NCBI GenBank assembly: GCA_965140445.1
Contig: OZ223236.1
Coordinates: forward strand, 3,328,001 to 3,392,000
DNA length: 64,000 nucleotides
Direction of reading: 5' to 3'
Origin: Candidatus Ozemobacteraceae bacterium
GTDB lineage: Bacteria; Muiribacteriota; Ozemobacteria; Ozemobacterales; Ozemobacteraceae
In this document: piece by piece, positions 27,267 through 36,955 of the stretch
Position numbering within the stretch: position 1 is the stretch's first letter
Layout: each line of letters opens with the position of its first letter
Notes under the pieces: generated by a model
What the model was told of the DNA's origin: nothing
What the model saw: the letters and a program-made list of their open reading frames with translations, nothing else
Databases searched by the model: none
Made by a program: the position numbers and the translations under genes

Positions 27267-28031
27267 CTATTCTTTTTTAGAATTTAAGAACTCTTTAATA
27301 CCGTTAAAAATAGCTTCAGCCATTAGCTGTTTTCCTTCATTGGTTTTAATAAAATCTGCATCACTTTTATTATTCAAATACACCATTTCAACTACTATGG
27401 CAGGGACTTTTGAAAAAATAGAGCCAGTTAAAGCCCCTTGCTTTGAGCCCACATAAGTCAAAGAGTCTGTGCGCAAAGGGTTAAGTTTAAGCCTTTTACC
27501 TAAAGTTTTTCCGATGCCCTTTTGCATATATTCTGCCGCCAGTTTGCTTTTTGCAATTACTGTTTCAGAAGGGCCAGTTACTCCAAATTTAGTTCCAGCT
27601 TTATCTGGATAATATAAGGTGCAACCTGTTCCTTTGCCCGAATCGCAATGTAATCGAACCATTACGGCTGCTTTAGCTTCATTTGCAATTTCTGCTCTTT
27701 TGCGGTTGGTTACCATCTGGTTTAAATCTTTTTTGGTCATTACCGATTTTAGTGAGGTATCTGAAGCAATTAACTCTTCTAGTTTTATAGCTACTTTCCA
27801 GCAGATTTCCATTTCCGACAAACCATAATGAGAGCATCCATTGCTTGTTTCGGAGGGGTGCCCCGGGTCAATTGCAATAATGTATTCCTTTTTTGATAAA
27901 CCAGGAGCTTTTTCGGAGATTTCCCTACTTGAAAAGGACTCTGAAAATGCGGGTGATTGGCTAATAATAAATATCCCCAACAACAAAAAATATTTAAACC
28001 CAGAAAAATTTGCCTGCCAATAATTTTCCAT
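27267..28031 (-). CDS. N-acetylmuramoyl-L-alanine amidase (Amidase_3)
   Basis: IAIDPGH, E, RAEIAN, RLHCD, PAIVVEMVYL.N..DA; signal peptide. Confidence 0.88.
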   Translation of the reverse strand: MENYWQANFSGFKYFLLLGIFIISQSPAFSESFSSREISEKAPGLSKKEYIIAIDPGHPSETSNGCSHYGLSEMEICWKVAIKLEELIASDTSLKSVMTKKDLNQMVTNRKRAEIANEAKAAVMVRLHCDSGKGTGCTLYYPDKAGTKFGVTGPSETVIAKSKLAAEYMQKGIGKTLGKRLKLNPLRTDSLTYVGSKQGALTGSIFSKVPAIVVEMVYLNNKSDADFIKTNEGKQLMAEAIFNGIKEFLNSKKE

Positions 28032-28169
28032 ATAAGCACTCCATTTTAAACCTTTATAATAATACTACAACCAACGATTTTAAAATGTTATATTGTGTTA
28101 GCGTATACAAAAAGACGACTGTCTTAATTAATAAAAAGCTTTAAATAAACTGGGTCTGCAACGGGTTTT

Positions 28170-30056
28170 ATGAAGGTCGAAAATTCTAGTAATAACAACA
28201 TCCCAAAAAGACTATTTGAGCATCCAGAATTTGACAGAATTTCGGATGAACAAATAGCAAAATACGAAGGAACAGTAAGCAAAATTTCTTTCCAGGAGCT
28301 TGGGATAACCTGGTCTGTAGCAATTGCATTTTTATTGGCATACCTTGGTTGTTATTTGCTGGGCATCAATTATGGCACAGTTTTACACGCCAGAATTTTA
28401 TATGCAGTCTTCGTATTCTTCAATGTTTTTGCCGCTATGTATGCATTTTATAGCTGGTTGATTTTACCTACCAGAAGTATTGCAAGCGATTTCATGCTCT
28501 CAATTAGCGTTGGCTTTATTGGTGCAGCCTTTGGAAATTCGCTGGATTACTTTTTATGGCTAGGTGGTTTAGCAGGTTTCAAAGAAAGCCCAGTGATAAA
28601 CATGATTTTTGTTTTTTCTATGTTGATGGCTTTTCCCGGAATTCATATGTTGGGAAGGGTCTGCCGAGTTGAATTTAATAAACAACCCCTGATTTATTAT
28701 CTGGTTATTATTTGTACTTATGGGGCAATTCCACTCATAATGAATCCAGGCATCATTGGTTCATTTATGAAATATGGCGAGTTTTCACAGTATGGGAATT
28801 TTTGTAATGGCCAGAATATAAAAGAGTTCTTTTTTGGAATTCTTTACGCGATGACCGGAGGTTACCTGGCATCGGTGTGTTTACATGTCTGGCAGTCAGC
28901 AAAAGGGAAACTTGTAAGTTCTGCCCGCCTTGTCTGTCTTGGAATGGTTTCTCTAAGTTTTGGATGCGCAATTTACGCGGGACTTTTCCCGAAAGTAGTG
29001 GCTACAGAAGTGGCTTCAAGCCCAATTAACTTTGTCATCGCCCTTGGCTATGTTCTAACTGCCTGCGGTATAAGAAGAACCGAAAGAATACTAAGTGCGT
29101 TACTTAACAGCGGATCTCCAAAATTGCCGCCTTCAATGATGCTTATGGAATTGTTTGGTAAAACAGAAGGATTAAAGGTATACAACAGGCTAGAATTAAG
29201 TATTAAAAACACACTTCAGGATCTTTCTAAATCACGGGAAGAAACCAAGTTAAAAAAAGAAGAAATCAGCGAATTGGAAAGCGAAATTCGTTTGCGCAAG
29301 CAGGTCGAAAAGGATTTAGTTCTTGCCAAGGAAAAAGCTGAAGAAGCTAATAGAGCCAAATCTAAATTCTTAGCTATGATGAGTCATGAATTGAAAACCC
29401 CTTTAACAGTAATAAAAGGCTACAGCGAACTGTTAAAAGGAGCAGCCGGGAAAAAAATTATTGCTCAGGGAAAGATCCCAGAGATTTCTGCGCAAATTGT
29501 TAATAGTTCGGATAATTTAGCAGCTATGGTTAATACTCTTTTAGAGTTTTCACAATTAGAAAGTGGAACTTTTTCTCTAAAAAATGAAATTTTTCCTTTG
29601 GAAAAGATTCTTCCATATGTTCGGGCAATTGCTGAAACAAACAGAAAAGCCTCAAAAGCCGAATATATCGAAAATATTCCTGATGAATCAATCATGCTAA
29701 ATACTGACAAACATGGTCTTCAACACATAATAGCCAATCTTCTTGTAAATGCATTCAAATTTTGTAATGAAACCAGCGTTAAACTGGAAATTTTAAAAGA
29801 AAATAATGTTTTATCGGTTTCGGTTAGCGATAAGGGGATCGGCATAGATAAAGAGAATCAGGAAAGGATTTTTCAGGCGTTCTACCAGGTAAGTCTTGGA
29901 ACAAATCGAAAATTTGGTGGCATTGGTCTTGGGTTAAGTATTGTTTCGAGAATAGTTGATGAAATGGAAGGGCAGATCACCTTAGAAAGTAAGCCCGGTG
30001 AAGGAAGCAAATTTACCGTTTCCCTCCCGATAATTTGCACTGGCAACGAAAAGTAA
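28170..30056 (+). CDS. Multi-TM sensor histidine kinase
   Basis: AKSKFLAMMSHELKTPL (H box), NLLVNAFKF, DKGIGI, GGIGLGLSIV; several N-terminal TM helices. Confidence 0.92.
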   Translation: MKVENSSNNNIPKRLFEHPEFDRISDEQIAKYEGTVSKISFQELGITWSVAIAFLLAYLGCYLLGINYGTVLHARILYAVFVFFNVFAAMYAFYSWLILPTRSIASDFMLSISVGFIGAAFGNSLDYFLWLGGLAGFKESPVINMIFVFSMLMAFPGIHMLGRVCRVEFNKQPLIYYLVIICTYGAIPLIMNPGIIGSFMKYGEFSQYGNFCNGQNIKEFFFGILYAMTGGYLASVCLHVWQSAKGKLVSSARLVCLGMVSLSFGCAIYAGLFPKVVATEVASSPINFVIALGYVLTACGIRRTERILSALLNSGSPKLPPSMMLMELFGKTEGLKVYNRLELSIKNTLQDLSKSREETKLKKEEISELESEIRLRKQVEKDLVLAKEKAEEANRAKSKFLAMMSHELKTPLTVIKGYSELLKGAAGKKIIAQGKIPEISAQIVNSSDNLAAMVNTLLEFSQLESGTFSLKNEIFPLEKILPYVRAIAETNRKASKAEYIENIPDESIMLNTDKHGLQHIIANLLVNAFKFCNETSVKLEILKENNVLSVSVSDKGIGIDKENQERIFQAFYQVSLGTNRKFGGIGLGLSIVSRIVDEMEGQITLESKPGEGSKFTVSLPIICTGNEK

Positions 30057-30136
30057 TTTAATCTGGTTTCCGTTAGCAAAATATCAAATTGAAATTATTT
30101 TTCTTTCATGGGAGCATATAAGCAATGGAGGCGAAT

Positions 30137-31726
30137 ATGGCAAACCTTTTTGAGAAAGCAAAAGACCTGTTTCAACGTGTTCCAGCTTCACCAACAAATC
30201 CGCAACAGCAGCAATCAAATGCGGAATTTAACATAGAAGATCTTTACGATTCCGAAAAAAATAATAGAGTCTCAGAGTCTCCAGGGCTTGATGAAAAACT
30301 TAGGCAAGCATATTTCTGGATCACAAACACTGCCATAATTAGTCCGTTTTACGACATTGAATATAACGAAGAACCGCCAAGAACGTTTACTTTTGGTGAC
30401 CGAAAGTTAGAATTATCGCTGCCAACCGGGCAAAGTTATTCAAGCTTTGTGCTTATTCCCTTATTAAATTTAGCTGTAAGAGGAAGATGCCTTATTGTAG
30501 GTGGCCCCGGACGCGGTAAAACAGCAACAGCAATTTTAATGGGCCTTCTTGCTGGTTATTCCCAAATTGAGGTCAAAAGAGCTATTCAACATGGTCAACC
30601 CCAAATGACCATAGCCGATTTACTTGGACACCCGTTACCAGCAGATATGGTAAAAGCTGAAAGCATGGGCGACATAAGAGTTTCCTGGCGAAAATGGCTC
30701 TCTATGCGCGTTAAGATTATTGATGAATACAATCGAATCCCAACCAGAACACAATCCGCATTATTAACAGTTCTGGGAGATAATTATGCTGAAATTCTGG
30801 ATCAGGTTTTTGAATGCCCCGATTCCGCATGGTATCTAACCGCAAATGATGATGGGGGAGGCGGAACCTATCAGGTTATTGAAGCATTAAGAGACAGAAT
30901 AGACATTGTCATTAGAGCATTTCACTTTAACACTCGCTTTCTGTCGGATTTACAAAAGAGAATCGAACTTTCATTTAAACCTGAAGAAATTATTCCTGAT
31001 GAAATAATTTTTTCTGAAGAAGAAATTTCTCAAATGAACAAAGAAATTCGGCGAATAAAAATCAATGACCAGGTTCGTCGACCACTGGAATTCTTCTGCC
31101 GCCACTTTGAATTTTTTGAACCAGCTTCAACTTCGCTTGAGTATATGACAAAAGATACCGCAAAGCTTTCTGGAATGGATTTTCAACAATTGGCACGGGA
31201 AGAGACCGGCAAAGATCTGGTGCGCGATCTGGGGTCTCAGACTAAAAATGGTCTGTCAGTCAGAAAGTTAATGACTATTATTCAATTCAGCAAGGCTTTG
31301 GCTTATTTCAGAGGCTCTTCAGTTGTCGAAATGGAAGATCTGCGTCAAATCATTCCTTTTGTATTGCATGACACACTTAGCCCACACCTTGAATCCCCGT
31401 TTTTTGACGAACCTAATCATGAAGCATATAGAGTTGATCGCATCACATGGATCCGCAAGCTTTTTGATCTTTCGTGCCAGGAATATTACCGACTTGGATT
31501 TGAAAAAAATGACCCGCTCGTAGAGTTTGAAAAAGAATTTGATCGTGGACTGGAAGGCGTTTCCAAGACAGAAGTTGAAAAACGTATGAATGCAATAGAA
31601 AAAGAGCTGAATAAGATTAGCAAATCAGGAAAGCTATATGGATACATGGCAGACGATATACTTAAATTAAAATATCTTCATCAAAGGTACAACAACTACC
31701 GGAGATGGCTGAAATGGAAAAAATAA
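30137..31726 (+). CDS. MoxR-like AAA+ ATPase
   Basis: Walker A GGPGRGKT; Walker B IIDEYNRIPTRTQSALL; EALRDR. GGAGG RBS before ATG 30137 (alternative start 30125). Confidence 0.85.
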   Translation: MANLFEKAKDLFQRVPASPTNPQQQQSNAEFNIEDLYDSEKNNRVSESPGLDEKLRQAYFWITNTAIISPFYDIEYNEEPPRTFTFGDRKLELSLPTGQSYSSFVLIPLLNLAVRGRCLIVGGPGRGKTATAILMGLLAGYSQIEVKRAIQHGQPQMTIADLLGHPLPADMVKAESMGDIRVSWRKWLSMRVKIIDEYNRIPTRTQSALLTVLGDNYAEILDQVFECPDSAWYLTANDDGGGGTYQVIEALRDRIDIVIRAFHFNTRFLSDLQKRIELSFKPEEIIPDEIIFSEEEISQMNKEIRRIKINDQVRRPLEFFCRHFEFFEPASTSLEYMTKDTAKLSGMDFQQLAREETGKDLVRDLGSQTKNGLSVRKLMTIIQFSKALAYFRGSSVVEMEDLRQIIPFVLHDTLSPHLESPFFDEPNHEAYRVDRITWIRKLFDLSCQEYYRLGFEKNDPLVEFEKEFDRGLEGVSKTEVEKRMNAIEKELNKISKSGKLYGYMADDILKLKYLHQRYNNYRRWLKWKK

Positions 31727-32652
31727 CCTTTCCCCCTCTAATTGAGCTGATAAAAGAAAAGGCCGAAACCCTGAATTCGTTAATTAGATCTGCCAACGCC
31801 ATTTCGGGAAGATTTAATCAGGCCAGAATTCCTTTATGGTTCCAGGAAATTATCCAGCCTGTTTTTCAAAATCTTTATAAATTTGATAAGTCCTCAACTG
31901 AAAAGCTGTTTAATTTGCTATTTGAGGACATGCTAAATTCCATCTCTGGAAAGCATCAAGATACAGAGTGGGCCACAACAGTTTCCAGTCGGCTGTTAAT
32001 CGGTCTTAATCCTGCGATTTGCGCTCAGAATCCTGCAAAGCTATTTCATCCAATAATCTGCGCTTTTAATAAAATTTCTAAACATTCACGTGAATCCGCT
32101 AAATTATGGATTGAAATCATGCAACAGATTATTCCAGAAGTTAAAAATCTCAATGAATTACTTTTTCTTGGAAGGGTTGCTGCGTGGCGCTGTGGGATGG
32201 CTCATCTTCGAGATTTAATAGATTTTTCGCAACAAATCGATGAAAAATTCGTTTCTATCATTTTTCCAGAAGACATTAAAACTATTTCAGAAAGATGGGG
32301 CAAAAACACTGATCAAAAAGGGATTTCCATCGGAGCATTTTCAGGCCTAAATGGAAAGTTTCTGGTGCCTCCAAAGATAACGTCTCAAGAGAACATGATT
32401 TTTGTTTCTGATGGTTTTTCAACAAACGCAATTTTCGTGGATAGATATGGGGCTACTCTCCAGGAGTGTAATTCCGGAATTTCAGATAGTCTTAAATTCT
32501 CTCTTACCCCTCTAAAGTCAGCTCCCGAAAACTCTGCTAAAATTCTCAAAAAATACGAAGATTTGACTTCATGGGTATATCAGCATTCAACTTTATTTCT
32601 AACCACAGCAAGCTCACATTCGGTATTTGTTTTTGGCGGGATTGATGGTTAA
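31705..32652 (+). CDS. Conserved-looking hypothetical protein of the MoxR operon
   Basis: Overlaps both neighbours; GRVAAWRCGMAHLR and GAFSGLNGKF..PP motifs. Confidence 0.75.
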   Translation: MAEMEKITFPPLIELIKEKAETLNSLIRSANAISGRFNQARIPLWFQEIIQPVFQNLYKFDKSSTEKLFNLLFEDMLNSISGKHQDTEWATTVSSRLLIGLNPAICAQNPAKLFHPIICAFNKISKHSRESAKLWIEIMQQIIPEVKNLNELLFLGRVAAWRCGMAHLRDLIDFSQQIDEKFVSIIFPEDIKTISERWGKNTDQKGISIGAFSGLNGKFLVPPKITSQENMIFVSDGFSTNAIFVDRYGATLQECNSGISDSLKFSLTPLKSAPENSAKILKKYEDLTSWVYQHSTLFLTTASSHSVFVFGGIDG

Positions 32653-34441
32653 GAAAACTGCAACCAGGGCAAATGTAAGAAACCTTTGGGCTGAAACCTG
32701 GCCAGAGGCCTTATCGGTCTGGAACCCTTATGTGTCACTAAGAGAGCCAACATGGTGTATTTCAAAAACCGCTGCTGCCAAAGAAGGTCTAAGTGGTAGC
32801 TTTGCTATGATCCGGCTTACAGATCATCGAATAGTAATAGACTTTTCGACGGTAAAAGAATTTAAAGTTGAAGAATTTGCCCTCCAGGTTCTGGCTCACG
32901 AGATTGGCCATCACGTTCTTATTCCCGCGAATCGTTATGACAACATTGGAATGTTTCGGCGAATGCGCCTTGCATTAGCTGGTATAGAAGATAGAACACC
33001 TCTGGTAGCAAATCTGTATGCTGATTTAATTATCAATGATACTTTGCAGAGAATTCATGGACTTGATATGGCTTCGGTTTATCAAAAAATGCAGGAAGGA
33101 ACAAAAATAGAATCAAGTCTTCACAATTGGTATATGCGCACCTATGAATATCTTTGGGGCATTAAAAGAGGTGTTCTCTCTGGAAAAAAACAGTCTCCCC
33201 AGATTGATGCTGACGCTTCATTAGCTGCTTCCATAGTCCGAAGTTATGCACGAAACTGGTTGGATGGGGCAGGGCGCTACGCCATGCTTGCTTACCCCTA
33301 TCTTATTAAGGACGCCGATTATCAAAACGCCAGGTCCGAGCTCGTTCGTTTACTTGACGCTGAAACCTGTGGTGAGGGCTCTGAAATTGCTGGTGGAATG
33401 GCAGAAATTGACGAATCAATTCTTGATGGAATCGTAGATCCCAGATCAGAAGCTATTGGCGGAGCCGACTCAAAGGCAGCTGACGACGAAACCGGGGAAA
33501 TCAAATCTTCAAAGCCTTCATGGACGGAACAACAATCAAGCAAAGGTGGAACAGGCCCAAAGCAAAGGTATCTGGAGCCAGGATCCTACATAGATTTGAT
33601 GAGGCAGGTAGATCCAGGTGTCGACGAAAATAAGCTATTGATACGTTATTATCGTGATATCGCTCTTCCATTTCTTGTTCCATTTCCAGTTGAAAATTCA
33701 GCTCCTCTGGCGGAATATTTGCCCGAAGGAACTGATCAATGGGAACCAGGCGATCCGATTGAAGAAATTGACTGGCTTGAAACAACCATGAGTTCACCAG
33801 TTATTATCCCGGGGGTAACAACCAGACGTAGATTTTATTCCGAGGATACAGACAGTCCATCATCTCAGCAGCCATATAATTTGTATGTTGGAATTGACTG
33901 TTCAGGTTCCATGAAAAATCCAAGATTAAATTTTTCATGGCCGATTTGCGCAGGAGCGATAGTTTCACTTTCAGCCTTGAGAGCCGGGGCAAAGGTTATG
34001 AGCTGTTTATCAGGAGAGCCAGGAAGTTTTCTTGAAACTAAAGGCTTTGTTAAGACTGAAAATGATGTTCTGAAAGTACTGACCTCTTACCTTGGAACTG
34101 GTTATGCGTATGGAATTCCAAGGCTTGAAACCGATCATTTGAAAACCATTAAAGGCAAAACTCATCTTCTTATTGTTTCTGATGATGACATTTTTTCAAT
34201 GTTACAGGCCATCTCACCAACCGGAAAATTGAATTTTGATGTAGCCGAGGAAGCCTTAAAAAATGCGGGTGGAGGAGGCACATTTGTTCTCCATTCCAAC
34301 TCAAACTGGCATAAAAATGATGCTTTAAGGCTAAAAAAAATGGGTTGGACCATTCATTATGTAACAAATGAACAGGAAATGGTTTCATTTGCCAGAGATT
34401 TTGCGCAAAAATTTTATAACATGGACAGGAGGCAAATATGA
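32645..34441 (+). CDS. HEXXH metallopeptidase-like + C-terminal vWA domain protein
   Basis: LAHEIGHH...N...D.IIN zinc-type motif; low-complexity linker; MIDAS-like IDCSGSM...VSDDD. Confidence 0.8.
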   Translation: MVKKTATRANVRNLWAETWPEALSVWNPYVSLREPTWCISKTAAAKEGLSGSFAMIRLTDHRIVIDFSTVKEFKVEEFALQVLAHEIGHHVLIPANRYDNIGMFRRMRLALAGIEDRTPLVANLYADLIINDTLQRIHGLDMASVYQKMQEGTKIESSLHNWYMRTYEYLWGIKRGVLSGKKQSPQIDADASLAASIVRSYARNWLDGAGRYAMLAYPYLIKDADYQNARSELVRLLDAETCGEGSEIAGGMAEIDESILDGIVDPRSEAIGGADSKAADDETGEIKSSKPSWTEQQSSKGGTGPKQRYLEPGSYIDLMRQVDPGVDENKLLIRYYRDIALPFLVPFPVENSAPLAEYLPEGTDQWEPGDPIEEIDWLETTMSSPVIIPGVTTRRRFYSEDTDSPSSQQPYNLYVGIDCSGSMKNPRLNFSWPICAGAIVSLSALRAGAKVMSCLSGEPGSFLETKGFVKTENDVLKVLTSYLGTGYAYGIPRLETDHLKTIKGKTHLLIVSDDDIFSMLQAISPTGKLNFDVAEEALKNAGGGGTFVLHSNSNWHKNDALRLKKMGWTIHYVTNEQEMVSFARDFAQKFYNMDRRQI

Positions 34442-35007
34442 CAATAGTTCCTACAGTTTCAGAACTGATTCATCACATCAAACGCTGTCCTTCAGAATTT
34501 CTAAAAGAACCCGTTTATGGCAACAATGGCCTGATTCATACAGAAGCATTGGTAAATGATATTTATCGAATTATTTCAGATGACATGGTTGCCAATTGTC
34601 CAATAAAACTGTCTTCTAAAAAACTAAGCAAGGAAGAATTATCTCTGATTCAAATCTGTTGCTGGGTTTTGACCCATCCATTTTTTAAATTTACCGACAA
34701 CAGTTGGATAAAAGATTTTTTTTGCACCGGGCTAAAAGAAATCTCTTCCTTAGTAAAAAAAGAAGTATGGATAAATGACGAAGAAAGAGCAGAAGAATTG
34801 GCCAGAATTATTTTCAGACATTGCGGATTCCTTCCCCAGGGAGAATCTCGTGAAGAAGCTCTGGACAGGTATGAATCCGTTAACACCATTAAAAGATTAC
34901 AGGTAATTGAAGAGTCAAATGCGGCAATGGAAAGAGCCAAAGCAATTCGAAAGAAAATGGAAGCAAAAAAGGCGCGGGAAGCAGCCAATGTTTATGGGAG
35001 AGAATGA
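34438..35007 (+). CDS. Hypothetical protein of the MoxR operon
   Basis: ATGA overlaps on both sides; D.ER.EELAR...P.GE..EEA.DR and a C-terminal coiled coil. Confidence 0.75.
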   Translation: MTIVPTVSELIHHIKRCPSEFLKEPVYGNNGLIHTEALVNDIYRIISDDMVANCPIKLSSKKLSKEELSLIQICCWVLTHPFFKFTDNSWIKDFFCTGLKEISSLVKKEVWINDEERAEELARIIFRHCGFLPQGESREEALDRYESVNTIKRLQVIEESNAAMERAKAIRKKMEAKKAREAANVYGRE

Positions 35008-36359
35008 TGAAGCCTACTCCGGTTCTAACAGATGAAGAGCGGTTTCCGCTGATTAAACAACTTGGCTTTTTAAACGAGCTTCGCCAGGATTCTTGCGGTC
35101 CGAAATTTAATTTTAAATCAGGGGATCGTTTAAATAATGAGTCTTTGCAGGAAGTACAGAAATATGCTCAGAACATTGGTAAAACCAGATTTTGGGACCC
35201 AGGCAAAACTCCAGATTGGATGCCCGGATTTTTAAAATGGTGCACGGAAACCGTGCCTGCCTACAAAAATTGCAGTATGACTCTTGAAAACAATTCGACC
35301 CTGAATAGAGAATCACTTGCTGAGTGCCCTTGGGATTATGTCTCAGATGATTGTCAACTTGAGGATCTTCTGGTTTATAGCACATCCGGGACTACGGGCA
35401 AAGCGATGGATGTTTTGTTTGATGCAACCTCTCAGGCTAAGTGGATCCCTCAATTAGAATCAATTTTACACAATGATGGGATCTTCATTGAAGGGGGCCC
35501 CGAACGAGTATCAATCTGCCTTGTCTGTTGTCAGGAAGAAACCTTAACCTACGCATCCCTTTCGACCTATTTGAATGGGGCGGGTGTTTTAAAAATTAAT
35601 CTGAATTCAAAGGAATGGAATCAGGAATCCGACCCAGCCTTATATCTGGAAAAACATAACCCGGAAATCATAACCGGAGATCCTTTCACTTTTTTGAAAC
35701 TGGCAGAAATCGCCCCTCAAATCCGTCCTAAAGCTCTTGTTTCATCAGCTATGACTTTAAATGAGGGATTGCGAACAAAACTGGCAAATACTTTTTTATG
35801 CCCGGTTTATGATATCTATTCCTTAACTGAATGCCGAATGATTGCTGTGTCACTTAAACAGGGGATTCACAGACTCTTCAGACCAGACCTTTTTGTAGAA
35901 ATTTTGCATCCCGATAAAGATGAGCCAGTGACAAGCGGAGAAAGAGGTGAAATAGTTGTAACAAGTGGGATTAACCCGTTTTTACCTCTGATTCGCTATC
36001 GAACAGGAGATTATGGGGTCCTCAAACATGTTGGAGATTCAATTGAGATTCACGATTTTGAAGGTCGGGCTCCAACTATCTTTTTTGACGATAAAGGCCA
36101 ATTCGTTAACCACGTCGATGTTTCAAGGGCGATCAGTGAGTTTGCGCTCGCCGGTTTCACTCTTCATCAACAAAAGGATCATTCTATTGAATTTCATGGG
36201 TGGGGGCCTGTTTCTTATAGTCCGAAAGTCAAACAACAGTTGATTAAATTATTTGGCAAAAAAATACAAATTAAGTTAAGAATTCATAATAATGTGATTC
36301 CGGATGGAAAAAAAATTCAGTATTCCAGTGAATTCAGTGAAACGGATATTTATAAATGA
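35004..36359 (+). CDS. Phenylacetate-CoA-ligase/CapK-like adenylate-forming enzyme
   Basis: YSTSGTTG P-loop, YSLTE, GEIVVT, PLIRYRTGD, EGR. Confidence 0.8.
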   Translation: MMKPTPVLTDEERFPLIKQLGFLNELRQDSCGPKFNFKSGDRLNNESLQEVQKYAQNIGKTRFWDPGKTPDWMPGFLKWCTETVPAYKNCSMTLENNSTLNRESLAECPWDYVSDDCQLEDLLVYSTSGTTGKAMDVLFDATSQAKWIPQLESILHNDGIFIEGGPERVSICLVCCQEETLTYASLSTYLNGAGVLKINLNSKEWNQESDPALYLEKHNPEIITGDPFTFLKLAEIAPQIRPKALVSSAMTLNEGLRTKLANTFLCPVYDIYSLTECRMIAVSLKQGIHRLFRPDLFVEILHPDKDEPVTSGERGEIVVTSGINPFLPLIRYRTGDYGVLKHVGDSIEIHDFEGRAPTIFFDDKGQFVNHVDVSRAISEFALAGFTLHQQKDHSIEFHGWGPVSYSPKVKQQLIKLFGKKIQIKLRIHNNVIPDGKKIQYSSEFSETDIYK

Positions 36360-36955
36360 GTTCAATTGAAATCGTCGCAGTAATTTTTGGATTTCTTTGC
36401 GTTTTTTTAACTATAAAAGAAAGCATATGGTGCTGGCCAACAGGCTTGATACAGGTGTTTTTATATGTTTTCATTTTTTACGATGCAAAGCTTTATTCTG
36501 ACGTAATCCTTCATATAATTTATGTTTTTCTCCAATTTTATGGTTGGTATTTCTGGCTTCACGGCGGTAAAAAAAGAACTGAGGCAAAACTTTCTGAAAT
36601 GTCCACCAGATGGAGATTTACCACTTTATCAACTTCCATAATCTGCACTTTGCTCCTTGGTTATTATATGTCTAACCATACAGACGCTTCTTTCCCTTAT
36701 CCGGACGCTTTTACCACTGTTTTTAGTTTGGCTGCACAATGGCTTCTCACAAGAAAAAAACTTGAATCATGGTATTTCTGGATCGCGGTAGACGTTGTTG
36801 CAATAGGCGTCTATTATGCCAAAGGTTTAAATTTGACTGCTGGTCTTTATATGGCATTTCTTGGAATGGCCGTCGCGGGGCTTTTCCGCTGGAAAAAGTC
36901 TTTTGCAGCCCTGTCCGATACCCAGGAAACCCCGGAATTAGAACCATGCGCTTAA
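36356..36955 (+). CDS. pnuC: Nicotinamide riboside transporter PnuC
   Basis: Hydrophobic protein; WCWP.G, LYSD, G..W, DAFTT..S..AQWL..RK..ESW.FWIAVD. Confidence 0.92.
   Translation: MSSIEIVAVIFGFLCVFLTIKESIWCWPTGLIQVFLYVFIFYDAKLYSDVILHIIYVFLQFYGWYFWLHGGKKRTEAKLSEMSTRWRFTTLSTSIICTLLLGYYMSNHTDASFPYPDAFTTVFSLAAQWLLTRKKLESWYFWIAVDVVAIGVYYAKGLNLTAGLYMAFLGMAVAGLFRWKKSFAALSDTQETPELEPCA

Noticed and set aside
36769..36945. 59-aa N-terminal extension of NadR in the ORF track
   Set aside because: It overlaps pnuC in another frame and is not an HTH. The protein family begins at MRLKKGLTLGKY (36946).
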